Origin: an uncultured archaeon
Lineage (GTDB): Archaea; Asgardarchaeota; Thorarchaeia; Thorarchaeales; Thorarchaeaceae
DNA: 64,000 bases
Assembly (NCBI GenBank): GCA_964558645.1
Contig: CAZLEV010000001.1
Span: forward strand, 221,568 to 285,567
Reading direction: 5' to 3'
This document shows positions 1 through 9,525 of this stretch, piece after piece (the first letter of the stretch is position 1; the number at the start of each line of letters is the position of its first letter). Both the position numbers and the translations under genes were made by a program. Below the pieces are notes generated by a model. The model did no database searches and was not told the DNA's origin. It was given only the letters and a program-made list of their open reading frames with translations.

Positions 1-239
1 GAGGTGTCAATTTGACTCAAATCAAACGATTCTTCGAAACGTGACAGCAATGCCGAAAAATAGGCAAGCTTCCGTGCCCTTAGTAGACTAACAGCGATTA
101 CCATACTTCCTGCCGCAAGCAGGGCAAAGGTAGCTATCATAACCTCTTCGCCAACTCGGAATTCATCCCTCAGGATTAAACCGTGTCTTTTAGAGATGTG
201 GAAGTGTGCATGGCCTACCGATTTGAGAAAAGATGGCAT
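1..239 (-). CDS. Partial CDS running off the left edge; hypothetical membrane-anchored protein
   Basis: Read by hand: ATG at 239, then open to position 1 (MPSFLKSVGHAHFHISKRHGLILRDEFRVGEEVMIATFALLAAGSMVIAVSLLRARK...), with one hydrophobic segment. Not in the ORF track. Confidence 0.55.
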   Translation of the reverse strand, partial: MPSFLKSVGHAHFHISKRHGLILRDEFRVGEEVMIATFALLAAGSMVIAVSLLRARKLAYFSALLSRFEESFDLSQIDT

Positions 240-276
240 CTTCCATTGAATGTGATGGATCCGAGCTGGCGAGCTC

Positions 277-1257
277 TTAGACACAGCTCTTCGCTTCGAT
301 TAGATCCCGGAGTGCCATCATCCAGAGATGGTACCTCAGAGGAATCGATGTATCGTGAAGTCCATCCATCGGTTTGCAGATCATGATCATGACAGAGCCG
401 CACAGTTTGCATGGTGGTTTTCCACCGACACCAAGAGTCACAGCTTCACCTGTGGTGGAGATACCAATTCCATGGGTGTGGAAATCCTCGGGGTCCTCTG
501 AAAAACGATAGTCGAAGCTCACATCAGGCAACGGATAGATGCTCGCCTGACAAAGCTTCATGTCTACATCTACTCTGATATTCTCCAGATTGTATTTGGA
601 TATGAGATCACGAGAGCCAAATCCGCGAGGAATGAAGATTGGCCGTGAGCTGTATGTTTCTAAGACCACCCGCTCCTCTAGAACCCCTGCGAAGTCGCCT
701 CCATGGCCAGCCAGAGTCATCATGTCATCCTTGACCGAGAAAGACTCTAGACCACTTCCTGTAGCGTGCCTCACAATAGACCTGCTGTCATTTGTCCCAT
801 CGGACGTAGAATCATGGTAAAACCAAGGGAAGGTGATCATCGGATTTAGTCTGTCACGGTATTCCTTCTTTCTTGCCATTATTTTCCAGATGTTCTTATT
901 GATAACGAAGACTGCCAATGATATAGGCTGAAGTACCTTGCTTTCACGCATGATGTAGTCGGAAATTGGCTCCTTTCTTGTTTGGCGCAGGATTCGCCGA
1001 AGCTGCTCGTATGACAGCTTCGTGTCCCCCGTTGTCTGAAGACTAAGCTCTTGCTGTTGTTCAAGAGGAATCTGATGGCCCCTCTCTGCTTCGAATTGCC
1101 GTAGAGCTTCTAGTCCAAATCTGTATCTGGTTAGCAACGCACCACTCTCAGACGACTGGTTGTTCGGTTCAGGTATGCCCATTGAGATGGCTTGGCCTTT
1201 GACCTTTGTGTTCAATGCGGATTGTGCGAACCAGTATCCTGCTTCCTTTCCTCTCAA
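277..1257 (-). CDS. Hypothetical protein with a C-terminal CxxC
   Basis: 326-aa ORF; KPPCKLCG near the C-terminus; no family recognised; start uncertain. Confidence 0.7.
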   Translation of the reverse strand: MRGKEAGYWFAQSALNTKVKGQAISMGIPEPNNQSSESGALLTRYRFGLEALRQFEAERGHQIPLEQQQELSLQTTGDTKLSYEQLRRILRQTRKEPISDYIMRESKVLQPISLAVFVINKNIWKIMARKKEYRDRLNPMITFPWFYHDSTSDGTNDSRSIVRHATGSGLESFSVKDDMMTLAGHGGDFAGVLEERVVLETYSSRPIFIPRGFGSRDLISKYNLENIRVDVDMKLCQASIYPLPDVSFDYRFSEDPEDFHTHGIGISTTGEAVTLGVGGKPPCKLCGSVMIMICKPMDGLHDTSIPLRYHLWMMALRDLIEAKSCV

Positions 1258-1582
1258 TCAACACTTAATCTGCATATTGCTCTCGAGAGCTCGACGCTGT
1301 TATGCGTCAATCGGATGAACAAATGAGCGAGATGACAAGACTTCAAACAGCACACCGGTATTGTCCATCCTGAGCTTGGGGTACCTATGCGGCTATTACA
1401 GCAAAGACGTATATAGCACCTCACCATATCTCAGAGGTGTTCAAGCCGGGAGACTTGTTCAGCAAGTACATGAAAAGCCCATTGGGTTGTGGATGGTAGT
1501 AAAGAGTATCTGGAAAGTCACAGGTTGATCCAGTTCCCGTTGAATGGGATCAATGGGCGTATCTGTTTGACGCGGCAGACAG

Positions 1583-1618
1583 GAAAAACCCCTTCGTGGG
1601 CGCCCTAAGGGCGCTCAC
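1583..1618 (-). terminator. Hairpin plus T-tract downstream of the ABC ATPase
   Basis: GTGGGCGCCC-TAA-GGGCGCTCAC (1596-1618), followed on the minus strand by GAAGGGGTTTTTCC, ~10 nt after the stop at 1628. Confidence 0.5.
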
Positions 1619-1627
1619 CCCCTATTT

Positions 1628-2707
1628 CTAAATCTCGCCCCATCGGTGACAGTATATGAAATGCCCCGGTTCGACTTTGCGATACTCGGGTATCTCTTCC
1701 CTGCAAATATCAATACAATACTCACATCTGGGATGGAACGGGCATCCACTGGGAAGGCTTGACAGATCTGGTGGGGAACCCGGTATACCTCTGAGCCGAG
1801 GCCTCTCCTTGCCTGCCTTCATCCGCATCATCGCTATCTTGGGATATGAACCCATCAGTCCTCGAGTATAGGGGTGGTCTGGGTCAAGGAATATTTTTTC
1901 TGCAGGGCCCACTTCCATGAATTTCCCTGCATACATGACGGCTACACGGTCTGCCAGCTCAGCGATGACGCCAGCGTTGTGGCTGATTGCCATGAGTGAT
2001 ACACCAAATTCATCTCTTACCATTTGAAGCACATTGAGAATCTGGCTCTGTATCGTGACATCTAAGGCAGATGTGGGCTCGTCAGCAATTACAAGATAAG
2101 GACCTGAGATTAGCGACATAGCGATGAGGATACGCTGAGCCTCTCCTCCACTGAAGGTGCCAGGATCCATGACAAAACGTATACCTGCATCTGCCAGACT
2201 GACCAAGCCCAGATATTCCAACACCTTGCGTTTGAGTTCGATGAGACGAATATTCTCCTCATGAATCTCCATCGGCTCGCCGGTCTGATAGCCAACGCTA
2301 TACTGAGGATTCAGTGCGCGGGTCAGTCCCTGCGGAATCATGGAGATCTGCTTCCCTCTCATCTTGACCAGTTCTTCTTCTTCCATTTGTGTCAGGTCTT
2401 GCCCACGGAAGTAGACACGACCTTGGACTCCGGGGCGGTCTTGAGAGTCCGACTGAGATGATTCGTCGAACTCCTGTCTGAGACCTGGCACATTAGATGT
2501 TCCTGCTGCGTATCTGGCAACTCGTTCAAAGAGTCCGATGACTGCAAGGGCAAGTGAGCTCTTGCCGCAACCTGACTCGCCGAGAATCCCAAGACACTCC
2601 CCGGTGTCAATGTGGAATGAAACCCCATCGACTGCTTTGATGACACCCTTCTTACTCGCATAGTATGCCTTGAGATTCTCGACTGTGAGTAGTCTGTCAC
2701 CGTTCAT
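1628..2707 (-). CDS. Oligopeptide/dipeptide ABC transporter ATP-binding protein (OppD/DppD-like)
   Basis: Walker A GESGCGKS, signature FSGGEAQR, Walker B IADEPT, C-terminal HPYT domain with CPFHPRC...C...CH. Confidence 0.93.
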   Translation of the reverse strand: MNGDRLLTVENLKAYYASKKGVIKAVDGVSFHIDTGECLGILGESGCGKSSLALAVIGLFERVARYAAGTSNVPGLRQEFDESSQSDSQDRPGVQGRVYFRGQDLTQMEEEELVKMRGKQISMIPQGLTRALNPQYSVGYQTGEPMEIHEENIRLIELKRKVLEYLGLVSLADAGIRFVMDPGTFSGGEAQRILIAMSLISGPYLVIADEPTSALDVTIQSQILNVLQMVRDEFGVSLMAISHNAGVIAELADRVAVMYAGKFMEVGPAEKIFLDPDHPYTRGLMGSYPKIAMMRMKAGKERPRLRGIPGSPPDLSSLPSGCPFHPRCEYCIDICREEIPEYRKVEPGHFIYCHRWGEI

Positions 2708-2806
2708 CTTATTCAGGTTCTCAGGCCGAAACGATACGTTAAAAGACTATCAATCGGGCAAGCACAAGCTGCTATAGCACAATCTGTCAAGAACCGGTGT
2801 TGAAAG

Positions 2807-4000
2807 ATGTATGAGGTAAGTGAAGGAAGGCCTGAGTTCAAAGATGACGTGATTCGTATCTTCTGGAAAGCCTTCGAGCCAACTCGTAACCTTGACGAGA
2901 TGCGACAGGAAGATTGGACAGACTACTGGAACAACCAAGACAATGACGACTTCGCCTATGTTGCATTACACAATGGTAGACCGGTGGCCAATGTTTCATT
3001 CTTTGGCAGTATGCAGAACAAGATTCGGGGAATGCCTGTCAGGTTCGCAGGTGTCTGGGGTGTCGCAACAGAGCCGAATCACCGTCGGTATGGTCTTGTG
3101 CGTAGGCTCCTAGAGCCTGCCTTCACACGGATGAAGAAGGAAGGCATGGTCCTCTCCATTCTTGATCCCTTCTATGTTCCCTTCTATGAGAAGTTTGGAT
3201 ACGCCGTGGCGGAGAGCCGTACGCGGCATCAGTTCTCTCCCCGCGAGTTTCGGAAGGTCGAGATGGACGATGAGTTAGAGGCACGAGAGCTTTCGGACCC
3301 CGAGGAGTCAGAGATGGTTCTCGAGGTTGAGAGGACGATGTCGAGATTTGGTTCGCGAGCATTTCATTTCGGGAGGAGTATTGAGCGGGCAATCAAAAAG
3401 GGGCACTTCTATGTAATCGAGAAGGGCTCTCAACCCGTCGCAACCACGAAGTTCACTTTCGATCGCAAGAACGGTGATTTATCTCTAAATGCGGGTCTTT
3501 CATACTACAAGGCCTCGGAGTATTTCTCCTCCATCGTGAGACTGGTTTCTCAATATGCCGTGAACTCGAAGCAACTCACTTGGTACTGCGATAATCAGGC
3601 TCCTGTCAGATTGTTCACGAAGCATCATGATTCGGTTGTGACCCAAGAGGCCGGCGGAATGATGATGCGTGTTGTGGATATACAGGGATACTGTCGTTCA
3701 ATTGCTGTTCCAGAAGAGGCTGACCAACGAGTTACTCTCTCTCTGAAGGATGAGCAGTGTAGCTGGAACTCGGGAGAGTATGAGCTGCAACCCGATGGTG
3801 GGAAGCTTGAATGCAATCTAATAGAGTGCGATTCTACAGACATCAAACTGGATGCACTTGGGCTGTCAAGGGTCGTTTCAGGACTCGTCGTGGCGAGTAC
3901 ACTCAGGGGCCTGGGAATCATTGACTGTTCGAAAGAAACTGCAGCTAAACTCGATGCTCTGTTCCCTCCAGACAACTTCGTATCTTATGAGAGATTCTGA
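2807..4000 (+). CDS. Eis-family GNAT acetyltransferase (tandem GNAT + SCP2-like C-terminus)
   Basis: GVATEPNHRRYGL acetyl-CoA motif, FYEKFGY, MRVVD...W NSG.Y.L C-terminal pattern and terminal F, typical of Eis; 397 aa. Confidence 0.85.
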   Translation: MYEVSEGRPEFKDDVIRIFWKAFEPTRNLDEMRQEDWTDYWNNQDNDDFAYVALHNGRPVANVSFFGSMQNKIRGMPVRFAGVWGVATEPNHRRYGLVRRLLEPAFTRMKKEGMVLSILDPFYVPFYEKFGYAVAESRTRHQFSPREFRKVEMDDELEARELSDPEESEMVLEVERTMSRFGSRAFHFGRSIERAIKKGHFYVIEKGSQPVATTKFTFDRKNGDLSLNAGLSYYKASEYFSSIVRLVSQYAVNSKQLTWYCDNQAPVRLFTKHHDSVVTQEAGGMMMRVVDIQGYCRSIAVPEEADQRVTLSLKDEQCSWNSGEYELQPDGGKLECNLIECDSTDIKLDALGLSRVVSGLVVASTLRGLGIIDCSKETAAKLDALFPPDNFVSYERF

Positions 4001-4072
4001 GTGTGACACCACTGCTACTTCAGACGTAACTCTTTATACGCGCACCAGTAACTTGGCGAGTAGGTGCAGACT

Positions 4073-5260
4073 ATGAACGAATCCGTGGTCTACTTCACAG
4101 ACAGAGCTGCAGAGTCAGGATACAACATGCTGGACAAACTGGAACAAATATTCACCAGGCTGGGACTTGCGGACGACATCGAGCCCGGTGAGAAGGTCAT
4201 GATAAAGACTCACTTTGGTCAGTACGGCAATACAAACTACATTCGTCCCGCATACGTGAGAAAGATTGCTGACTTGGTTAAGAAGGCTGGTGGAATCCCA
4301 TTTGCTGCTGAAACTTGTGGACTGGGATATGGAACGACCGGTGTATTCTCAGGTAGGACGACGGCCCCTGATTACTTGGGGATGGCATCTCAAAACGGCT
4401 TCTCTGAGGCCACAATCGGCTGCCCCATCATCATGGCTGATGGTTACTGGGGCGTTGACACCTTTGATGTTGAAATCGACGGCGAGTTCATGGACAGAGT
4501 GGATGTTGCTGCTGCAGTACTCGATTGCGATAGAGTGATCATGCTCACCCATGCGAAAGGTCACGGTCTCAGTGGCCTCGGAGGTACGTTGAAGAATCTG
4601 GGCATTGGTCTAGTCGGTAAGCGGGGAAAGGCAGCTATGCACAATCTCGGCGACTTTGAGATTGACCCTGAGAAATGCCTTGGACCTGAGTGTTCCAAAT
4701 GCCTTAAGGTCTGTCCCACACGGTGCATCACGATGCAGGATGCAGCGCAGATAGATAATGACCATTGCGTCAATTGTGGGCATTGCCGTTCAGTGTGCAA
4801 TAATGTAGATGCAAAGGCTATCTCTGTGACGTGGAGGAATGCCGATGATCAGCCTCTCCGATTTGTGGAGAATGCCTTGGGTGTGCTAGACTCCATCGGT
4901 CGCGATCGTTTCTATCACATCAATCTGGCTATTGATATCAGTGACCTGTGTGATTGTTGGGGGGTTGGGGCTCCCTTGCTGGTTCACGATATCGGTATTC
5001 TCGGTTCGCGCGACCCCCTCGCAGTCGATCAGGCAACTCAGGACAAGATTAACGAGGCTCCCGCAAACCCCGATTCCCTTGTTGGTGACCTTGAATGTGG
5101 CGAGTGCAAGTTTGCCCACGCGCTCAGTGCAAGGAGCACGAATGTCGACGAGCCCGTAGACCGTGCCGAGATCCAGTTTGCCCACGCCGAGAAGATGGGG
5201 CTTGGAAGCAGGAAATACAACCTGGTTCAGCTGACTAAGGATGATTTCAGCAAGGACTAG
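4073..5260 (+). CDS. DUF362 domain protein with a 4Fe-4S ferredoxin insert
   Basis: IKTHFG..GN..YIRP, THAKGH..GG.LKNLG.G, CxxCxxxCP and CxxCxxCxxxC, CDC, S.DP.A.DQA. Confidence 0.88.
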   Translation: MNESVVYFTDRAAESGYNMLDKLEQIFTRLGLADDIEPGEKVMIKTHFGQYGNTNYIRPAYVRKIADLVKKAGGIPFAAETCGLGYGTTGVFSGRTTAPDYLGMASQNGFSEATIGCPIIMADGYWGVDTFDVEIDGEFMDRVDVAAAVLDCDRVIMLTHAKGHGLSGLGGTLKNLGIGLVGKRGKAAMHNLGDFEIDPEKCLGPECSKCLKVCPTRCITMQDAAQIDNDHCVNCGHCRSVCNNVDAKAISVTWRNADDQPLRFVENALGVLDSIGRDRFYHINLAIDISDLCDCWGVGAPLLVHDIGILGSRDPLAVDQATQDKINEAPANPDSLVGDLECGECKFAHALSARSTNVDEPVDRAEIQFAHAEKMGLGSRKYNLVQLTKDDFSKD

Positions 5261-5276
5261 AGGAGAAGAATCAGAT

Positions 5277-5801
5277 ATGGAGACACAGAATTGGTTTCGT
5301 AAGAGACTCATTGACGCACACGAGAGGCAACGTACCCATCTGTACCGTATCATCGGAGACCTGTCTCCAGATCTGGTCGAGGAGAAGGTTTCTGATGAGC
5401 AACGATTTCCTGACATACTCTCTGTCTTGCGACACATTGGCAACTCGGAGACCTACTGGTTCCACAAGAATGGCAATGACCTCCTTCCCCCGCTCAGCAC
5501 TGGAGGTTTCAATGCGGTGGTAAACCACCTAAAGGAAGTGTCCGAAGCGATGGTCGAAATGATTCGTACCTGCTCTGAAGAGGAGCTTCGAGTTGTGCCC
5601 CCCACAGCAGAGCGAGGCCCCTCGATTTCTTGGTGTGTCCTGAGGACTTTCCAGCACGGCATCTATCATGCAGGTCAGATTGCTAAGATGCGGCATATGA
5701 TGGGCGCACCATCTCTTGAGGTAGATGACGCTTCGTGGAACGCGGCGGTTGACGCCTCGACAGAGATTATTGGGGACTTATTGGACGAGTCCTGGAAGTG
5801 A
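5277..5801 (+). CDS. DinB family protein
   Basis: LRHIGNSE..W and HGIYHAGQI His motifs. Confidence 0.85.
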   Translation: METQNWFRKRLIDAHERQRTHLYRIIGDLSPDLVEEKVSDEQRFPDILSVLRHIGNSETYWFHKNGNDLLPPLSTGGFNAVVNHLKEVSEAMVEMIRTCSEEELRVVPPTAERGPSISWCVLRTFQHGIYHAGQIAKMRHMMGAPSLEVDDASWNAAVDASTEIIGDLLDESWK

Positions 5802-5810
5802 TGGTCCGCG

Positions 5811-6290
5811 TTGCGAGTTCTGTTCGTCTATGAATCAAGGAGAGGTTCTACTGAGACCATTGTGGGTTGGATGATTGAGGCTCTGGTGTCTGCTGGTCAC
5901 ACCGTTGAGGTCTCCAAACCTGATAATGTGGCAAGTCTAGCGGCAGACCTAATCGTCATTGGCAGTCCGATATACTTCGAAGGTCCATTGGATGTGGTTC
6001 AAGACTTCGTCAAGGAGCATGCGGCTGAACTCCGAGATAGGACTGTCGCGGTGTTTATTCTTGGATGGGCTAGGAGAGCCTATGGTCGCCTTGAGTCACA
6101 CATCCGAAGTAACTATCTTGGTCCCCTTGTAGACCCCATTGATGATGGGGTTGTTGACCGCCACATGTTTCGTGGATGGATATGGACGGTTGACTCTGAG
6201 CAGAAACAGGAGGCTCAGGAGTGGATTCTCGATTGCGTGCATTTGATGACCGAGAGCCTCGAACAAACTGAAGAATCACCTGCTGATTAG
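5811..6290 (+). CDS. Flavodoxin-domain protein (HemG-like)
   Basis: VYESRRGSTETI FMN-binding loop; IVIGSPIY. Confidence 0.8.
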   Translation: MRVLFVYESRRGSTETIVGWMIEALVSAGHTVEVSKPDNVASLAADLIVIGSPIYFEGPLDVVQDFVKEHAAELRDRTVAVFILGWARRAYGRLESHIRSNYLGPLVDPIDDGVVDRHMFRGWIWTVDSEQKQEAQEWILDCVHLMTESLEQTEESPAD

Positions 6291-6317
6291 CTAACCAGTT
6301 AATCTGCTCCCCTCACT

Positions 6318-6842
6318 CTACCTCCCGAAGTCGTAGAGCCTCGGGTCGACTTTTCGCCACGAATTGGTCCGCTTCCTGAATGCCTCCCGTTCTTCCTCAG
6401 TCGTCGGAACGATATCGAAGGTGCAAGTATCATCGCCCGCCGCCTGACACGTCAGGTGTATCATTTTGGCATCTTCGTCGAATGCCATGAACTTTGCAGC
6501 GTCCACGTAGCAGTACATATGGCCAACATCTAGTGCGTTCTCTTCCTCGAAGACCTTAGCGAAAGTACAACCTTTCGAGAAGAGCCTCCCCTGTTCATCT
6601 TCTCCATTGGCATCATAGAGCCCCAGCTCGGTAAGATCGGGGTGTCCCTTGTTCACTCTGTCTGCCACTCTGTGACCATATTCAATTATCGCTTTCGCGA
6701 TCAGGTTCTTTCCCTTCTCTTCTCCGAATTCGTCCACCGAGACTCTTGAGAAGGCTATATGGAGGAGTGCTACTCGTGAGAGAGCGCCTTGTGTTGCTTT
6801 GACTGCATCTTGCAGAGGAATCGTTTCGAAGTCTTTTCCCAT
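6318..6842 (-). CDS. L-2-amino-thiazoline-4-carboxylate hydrolase / V4R-like protein
   Basis: GCTFAKVF...GHMYCYVD...C.A.GDD.C.F Cys pattern; start set at MGKDFE. Confidence 0.7.
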   Translation of the reverse strand: MGKDFETIPLQDAVKATQGALSRVALLHIAFSRVSVDEFGEEKGKNLIAKAIIEYGHRVADRVNKGHPDLTELGLYDANGEDEQGRLFSKGCTFAKVFEEENALDVGHMYCYVDAAKFMAFDEDAKMIHLTCQAAGDDTCTFDIVPTTEEEREAFRKRTNSWRKVDPRLYDFGR

Positions 6843-6934
6843 TTCAAAAACCAGTCTAGACTTGGGTGTATGAGTAATAAGCAATTAGGAAGAAGACGTG
6901 TTCTTGCCTCGCCAAGCCTTCGCTCGTAACCTTC

Positions 6935-8059
6935 TTAGAACTCCGGCAGTTCCTCGTATCGATGACAGAAGATCCAGTAGTCATCATCCACCTCGCGATA
7001 CTCTGGAACCTTCTTTTTGCAGATATCGATGCAGTACTCGCATCTTGGATGGAAGATGCAGCCTGACGGCGGGTCTGCCATGTCCGGTGGCTCTCCGGGT
7101 ATTCCGCGCAGTACAAGTCCCTTGTCCCTGATTCGACGCATTATCTCCATAGTCGGATTGCTCATGACGAAGGCGCGAGTGAAGGGATGACCGGGATGCT
7201 TTAGCACGCGTTCGGCATCGCCAAACTCTACAATACGCCCACCTGTCATCACTGCAACCCTATCGGACATCTCGGCAATAACTCCCTGATCATTGCTGAT
7301 GAGCAGGATACCGATGTCGAGGTTCTTCTTCACCAAGTCGATAGCCTCGAGGATACGGCGCTGCACACCTACATCGACCGCTGTAGTTGGCTCATCCATG
7401 ATAAGGAGATCTGGATTCGTGATGAGTGCCATTGCGATGAGTATGCGCTGATCTTCACCGACACTGAACTCGCTCGGTTTCTGTTTCTTGCGTGTGTCAA
7501 CCGCGGGGAGCTCCACGAGGTCAAGAACCTCAAGGACACGTCGCAAGATGTACCGCTCCGGGAGCAGATTGTCTTCGTCGTGGACAATCAGGCTCTCGGC
7601 GGTCTGGATATCGATTGGCGTGTATGGGTTCATCGCCTGTCTGGTGCCCTGGGGAATGTAGGTGATGTCGTATCCCCTGATTTTCCTGTATTCCTTTTCA
7701 TCCATTCCAACGAGATTCTCCCCCTTGAACCAGATACGCCCCTCAACACCAGGGAGCGTCTCGCCCATGTCTTTGGACGTCAGACCTTTCTTTCTGGCCT
7801 CATCTCTTATCTCCCAGAGCTCTTTGTGCCTCTTGTCAGAGGCAAGCGAGGCATAGTATCGGGAGACCTGGTCGAATATTCCGAGAATCGAGAGGGCCAC
7901 TGAGGTCTTGCCTGCCCCAGATTCGCCGAAGAGCCCTATGGTTTCTCCCTTTCGAATGTAGAATGACACATCCTCTACAGCTCTCACAATGCCCCTCTTG
8001 GATGTGTAATATGCACGAAGGTTCTCGACCTTGAGAATGATGTTCTCTTGCTCTGACAT
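6935..8059 (-). CDS. Oligopeptide ABC ATP-binding protein with degenerate signature and H-loop
   Basis: GESGAGKT, FSVGEDQR, MDEPT, ISNDQG, HPFT, CIFHPRC; paralogue of 1628-2707. Confidence 0.9.
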   Translation of the reverse strand: MSEQENIILKVENLRAYYTSKRGIVRAVEDVSFYIRKGETIGLFGESGAGKTSVALSILGIFDQVSRYYASLASDKRHKELWEIRDEARKKGLTSKDMGETLPGVEGRIWFKGENLVGMDEKEYRKIRGYDITYIPQGTRQAMNPYTPIDIQTAESLIVHDEDNLLPERYILRRVLEVLDLVELPAVDTRKKQKPSEFSVGEDQRILIAMALITNPDLLIMDEPTTAVDVGVQRRILEAIDLVKKNLDIGILLISNDQGVIAEMSDRVAVMTGGRIVEFGDAERVLKHPGHPFTRAFVMSNPTMEIMRRIRDKGLVLRGIPGEPPDMADPPSGCIFHPRCEYCIDICKKKVPEYREVDDDYWIFCHRYEELPEF

Positions 8060-8310
8060 AGCTTACTCGTTGCCGTATAGCCAATTATATCCTGTGACGA
8101 ACGCATTACAGCAGCCACAGGGATTGCGGTTCTGGGATGAAGTGGCCCGAACCTACTGGTCCATCTCATATACTCGAACCGTCTTACGCTTGTTATGATG
8201 TCTTCCAAGCGCCCTACTTCTATTCGAGGTCTGGAGTGCTTTGGCGAAACAGCCTGTATGACCAATAGGATTAAAATCTACTCGAGTGTGCCCGTGCTAG
8301 AGAGCTAACG

Positions 8311-9522
8311 ATGTCAGCCGGACAGCGTTCTGTGTATGCAGTCTATCTCACCTATGCGCTGCAATCCATGGGACAAGCAATATCGTGGCAGTTCGTGACA
8401 TTCTTTGTGAAGCACGAACTGGGGGTATCATCCTTTCTCCTGCTTACGCTGGTCTGGGCTGCTCCTGCCTTGGTTACCATGGCTGCCGTCAACGTCTGGG
8501 GCTCTCTGTCCGACAACATGGGCCGTCGAAAGCCATTCATGATCCTGGGTTTCGTGGGCTATGCGGCGACCTTCGCCTTGTACTCCTTTGTCACAAATGT
8601 GGTCCAATACTTCATCATTGCCCTTGTCGGTGCTGCATTCTCCGCCGCGGCACTTCCTGTGGGACAAGCGTATCTGACAATAGGCATCAAAAACAAAGGC
8701 GAGCGTCTTGGATTCTTCCTGGTTGCCCAATCGGCCGGCTGGTTCTTTGGTGCAATCCTGAGTGGTCTGCTGTACGACGTTATTGGCATGTTTGTTCTTT
8801 ACAGATTCTCAGCGACTCTGTGCATTGTTGCGACGATTGGTTGTGTACTGTACGTCAAAGACTTGGAGGTCGTGCCCCAATACAAAGAGGACCGCATAGG
8901 CATGAAGCAACTCCTTTCGACACCCGGGATGGTGCGGTTGGTTCTGGCCGCTGCCTTCAGCGCAATCGGAATCAACTCTATATCGTATGTGATGGCGATA
9001 ATGATAGTCGACGAACTCGGTGGTATGACAGCATACGTTGGACTTGCAAACTCAACAGCGACTGCCCTTGCTGTCATTGTTACTGGGTATATTGGAAAGT
9101 TGGTTGACAGGAAAGGGCCAGTTAGAGTCATGGTCATTGCATATCTATCTTACTCGCTATTCGCTGTGGGGTTCGCATTGGCTCAAGATCCACTTGTGGC
9201 CACTATCCTATACGCGCTTCCCATCTATCCGTTGGCCAGCACGGCCGCATATGGCCTTGCCGCCCTGCTGTCAAGTGACAGACAACGTGGTCGTGCAATG
9301 GGGTTGGTCAATGGCGCTCAGAATGCAGGTGCCGCTCTTGGACCAGTTATCGGTGGGTTGTCCGCCGAGTTCGTCTTTGGGCGAGCTCAGCCAATCTCAT
9401 GGATTAACATGGTCTTCAATATGCTCGCTCTCATTCTAGCGTTTAGCCTTCTTCGATTGGGTGCAGAGCTGCACGCCCGTAAGGATGAAGACCTCTCCAG
9501 TGTCACAGAGATGCTTCGGTGA
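8311..9522 (+). CDS. MFS transporter
   Basis: ~12 hydrophobic helices; WGSLSDNMGRRK and GKLVDRKG motif A. Confidence 0.92.
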   Translation: MSAGQRSVYAVYLTYALQSMGQAISWQFVTFFVKHELGVSSFLLLTLVWAAPALVTMAAVNVWGSLSDNMGRRKPFMILGFVGYAATFALYSFVTNVVQYFIIALVGAAFSAAALPVGQAYLTIGIKNKGERLGFFLVAQSAGWFFGAILSGLLYDVIGMFVLYRFSATLCIVATIGCVLYVKDLEVVPQYKEDRIGMKQLLSTPGMVRLVLAAAFSAIGINSISYVMAIMIVDELGGMTAYVGLANSTATALAVIVTGYIGKLVDRKGPVRVMVIAYLSYSLFAVGFALAQDPLVATILYALPIYPLASTAAYGLAALLSSDRQRGRAMGLVNGAQNAGAALGPVIGGLSAEFVFGRAQPISWINMVFNMLALILAFSLLRLGAELHARKDEDLSSVTEMLR

Positions 9523-9525
9523 CTT

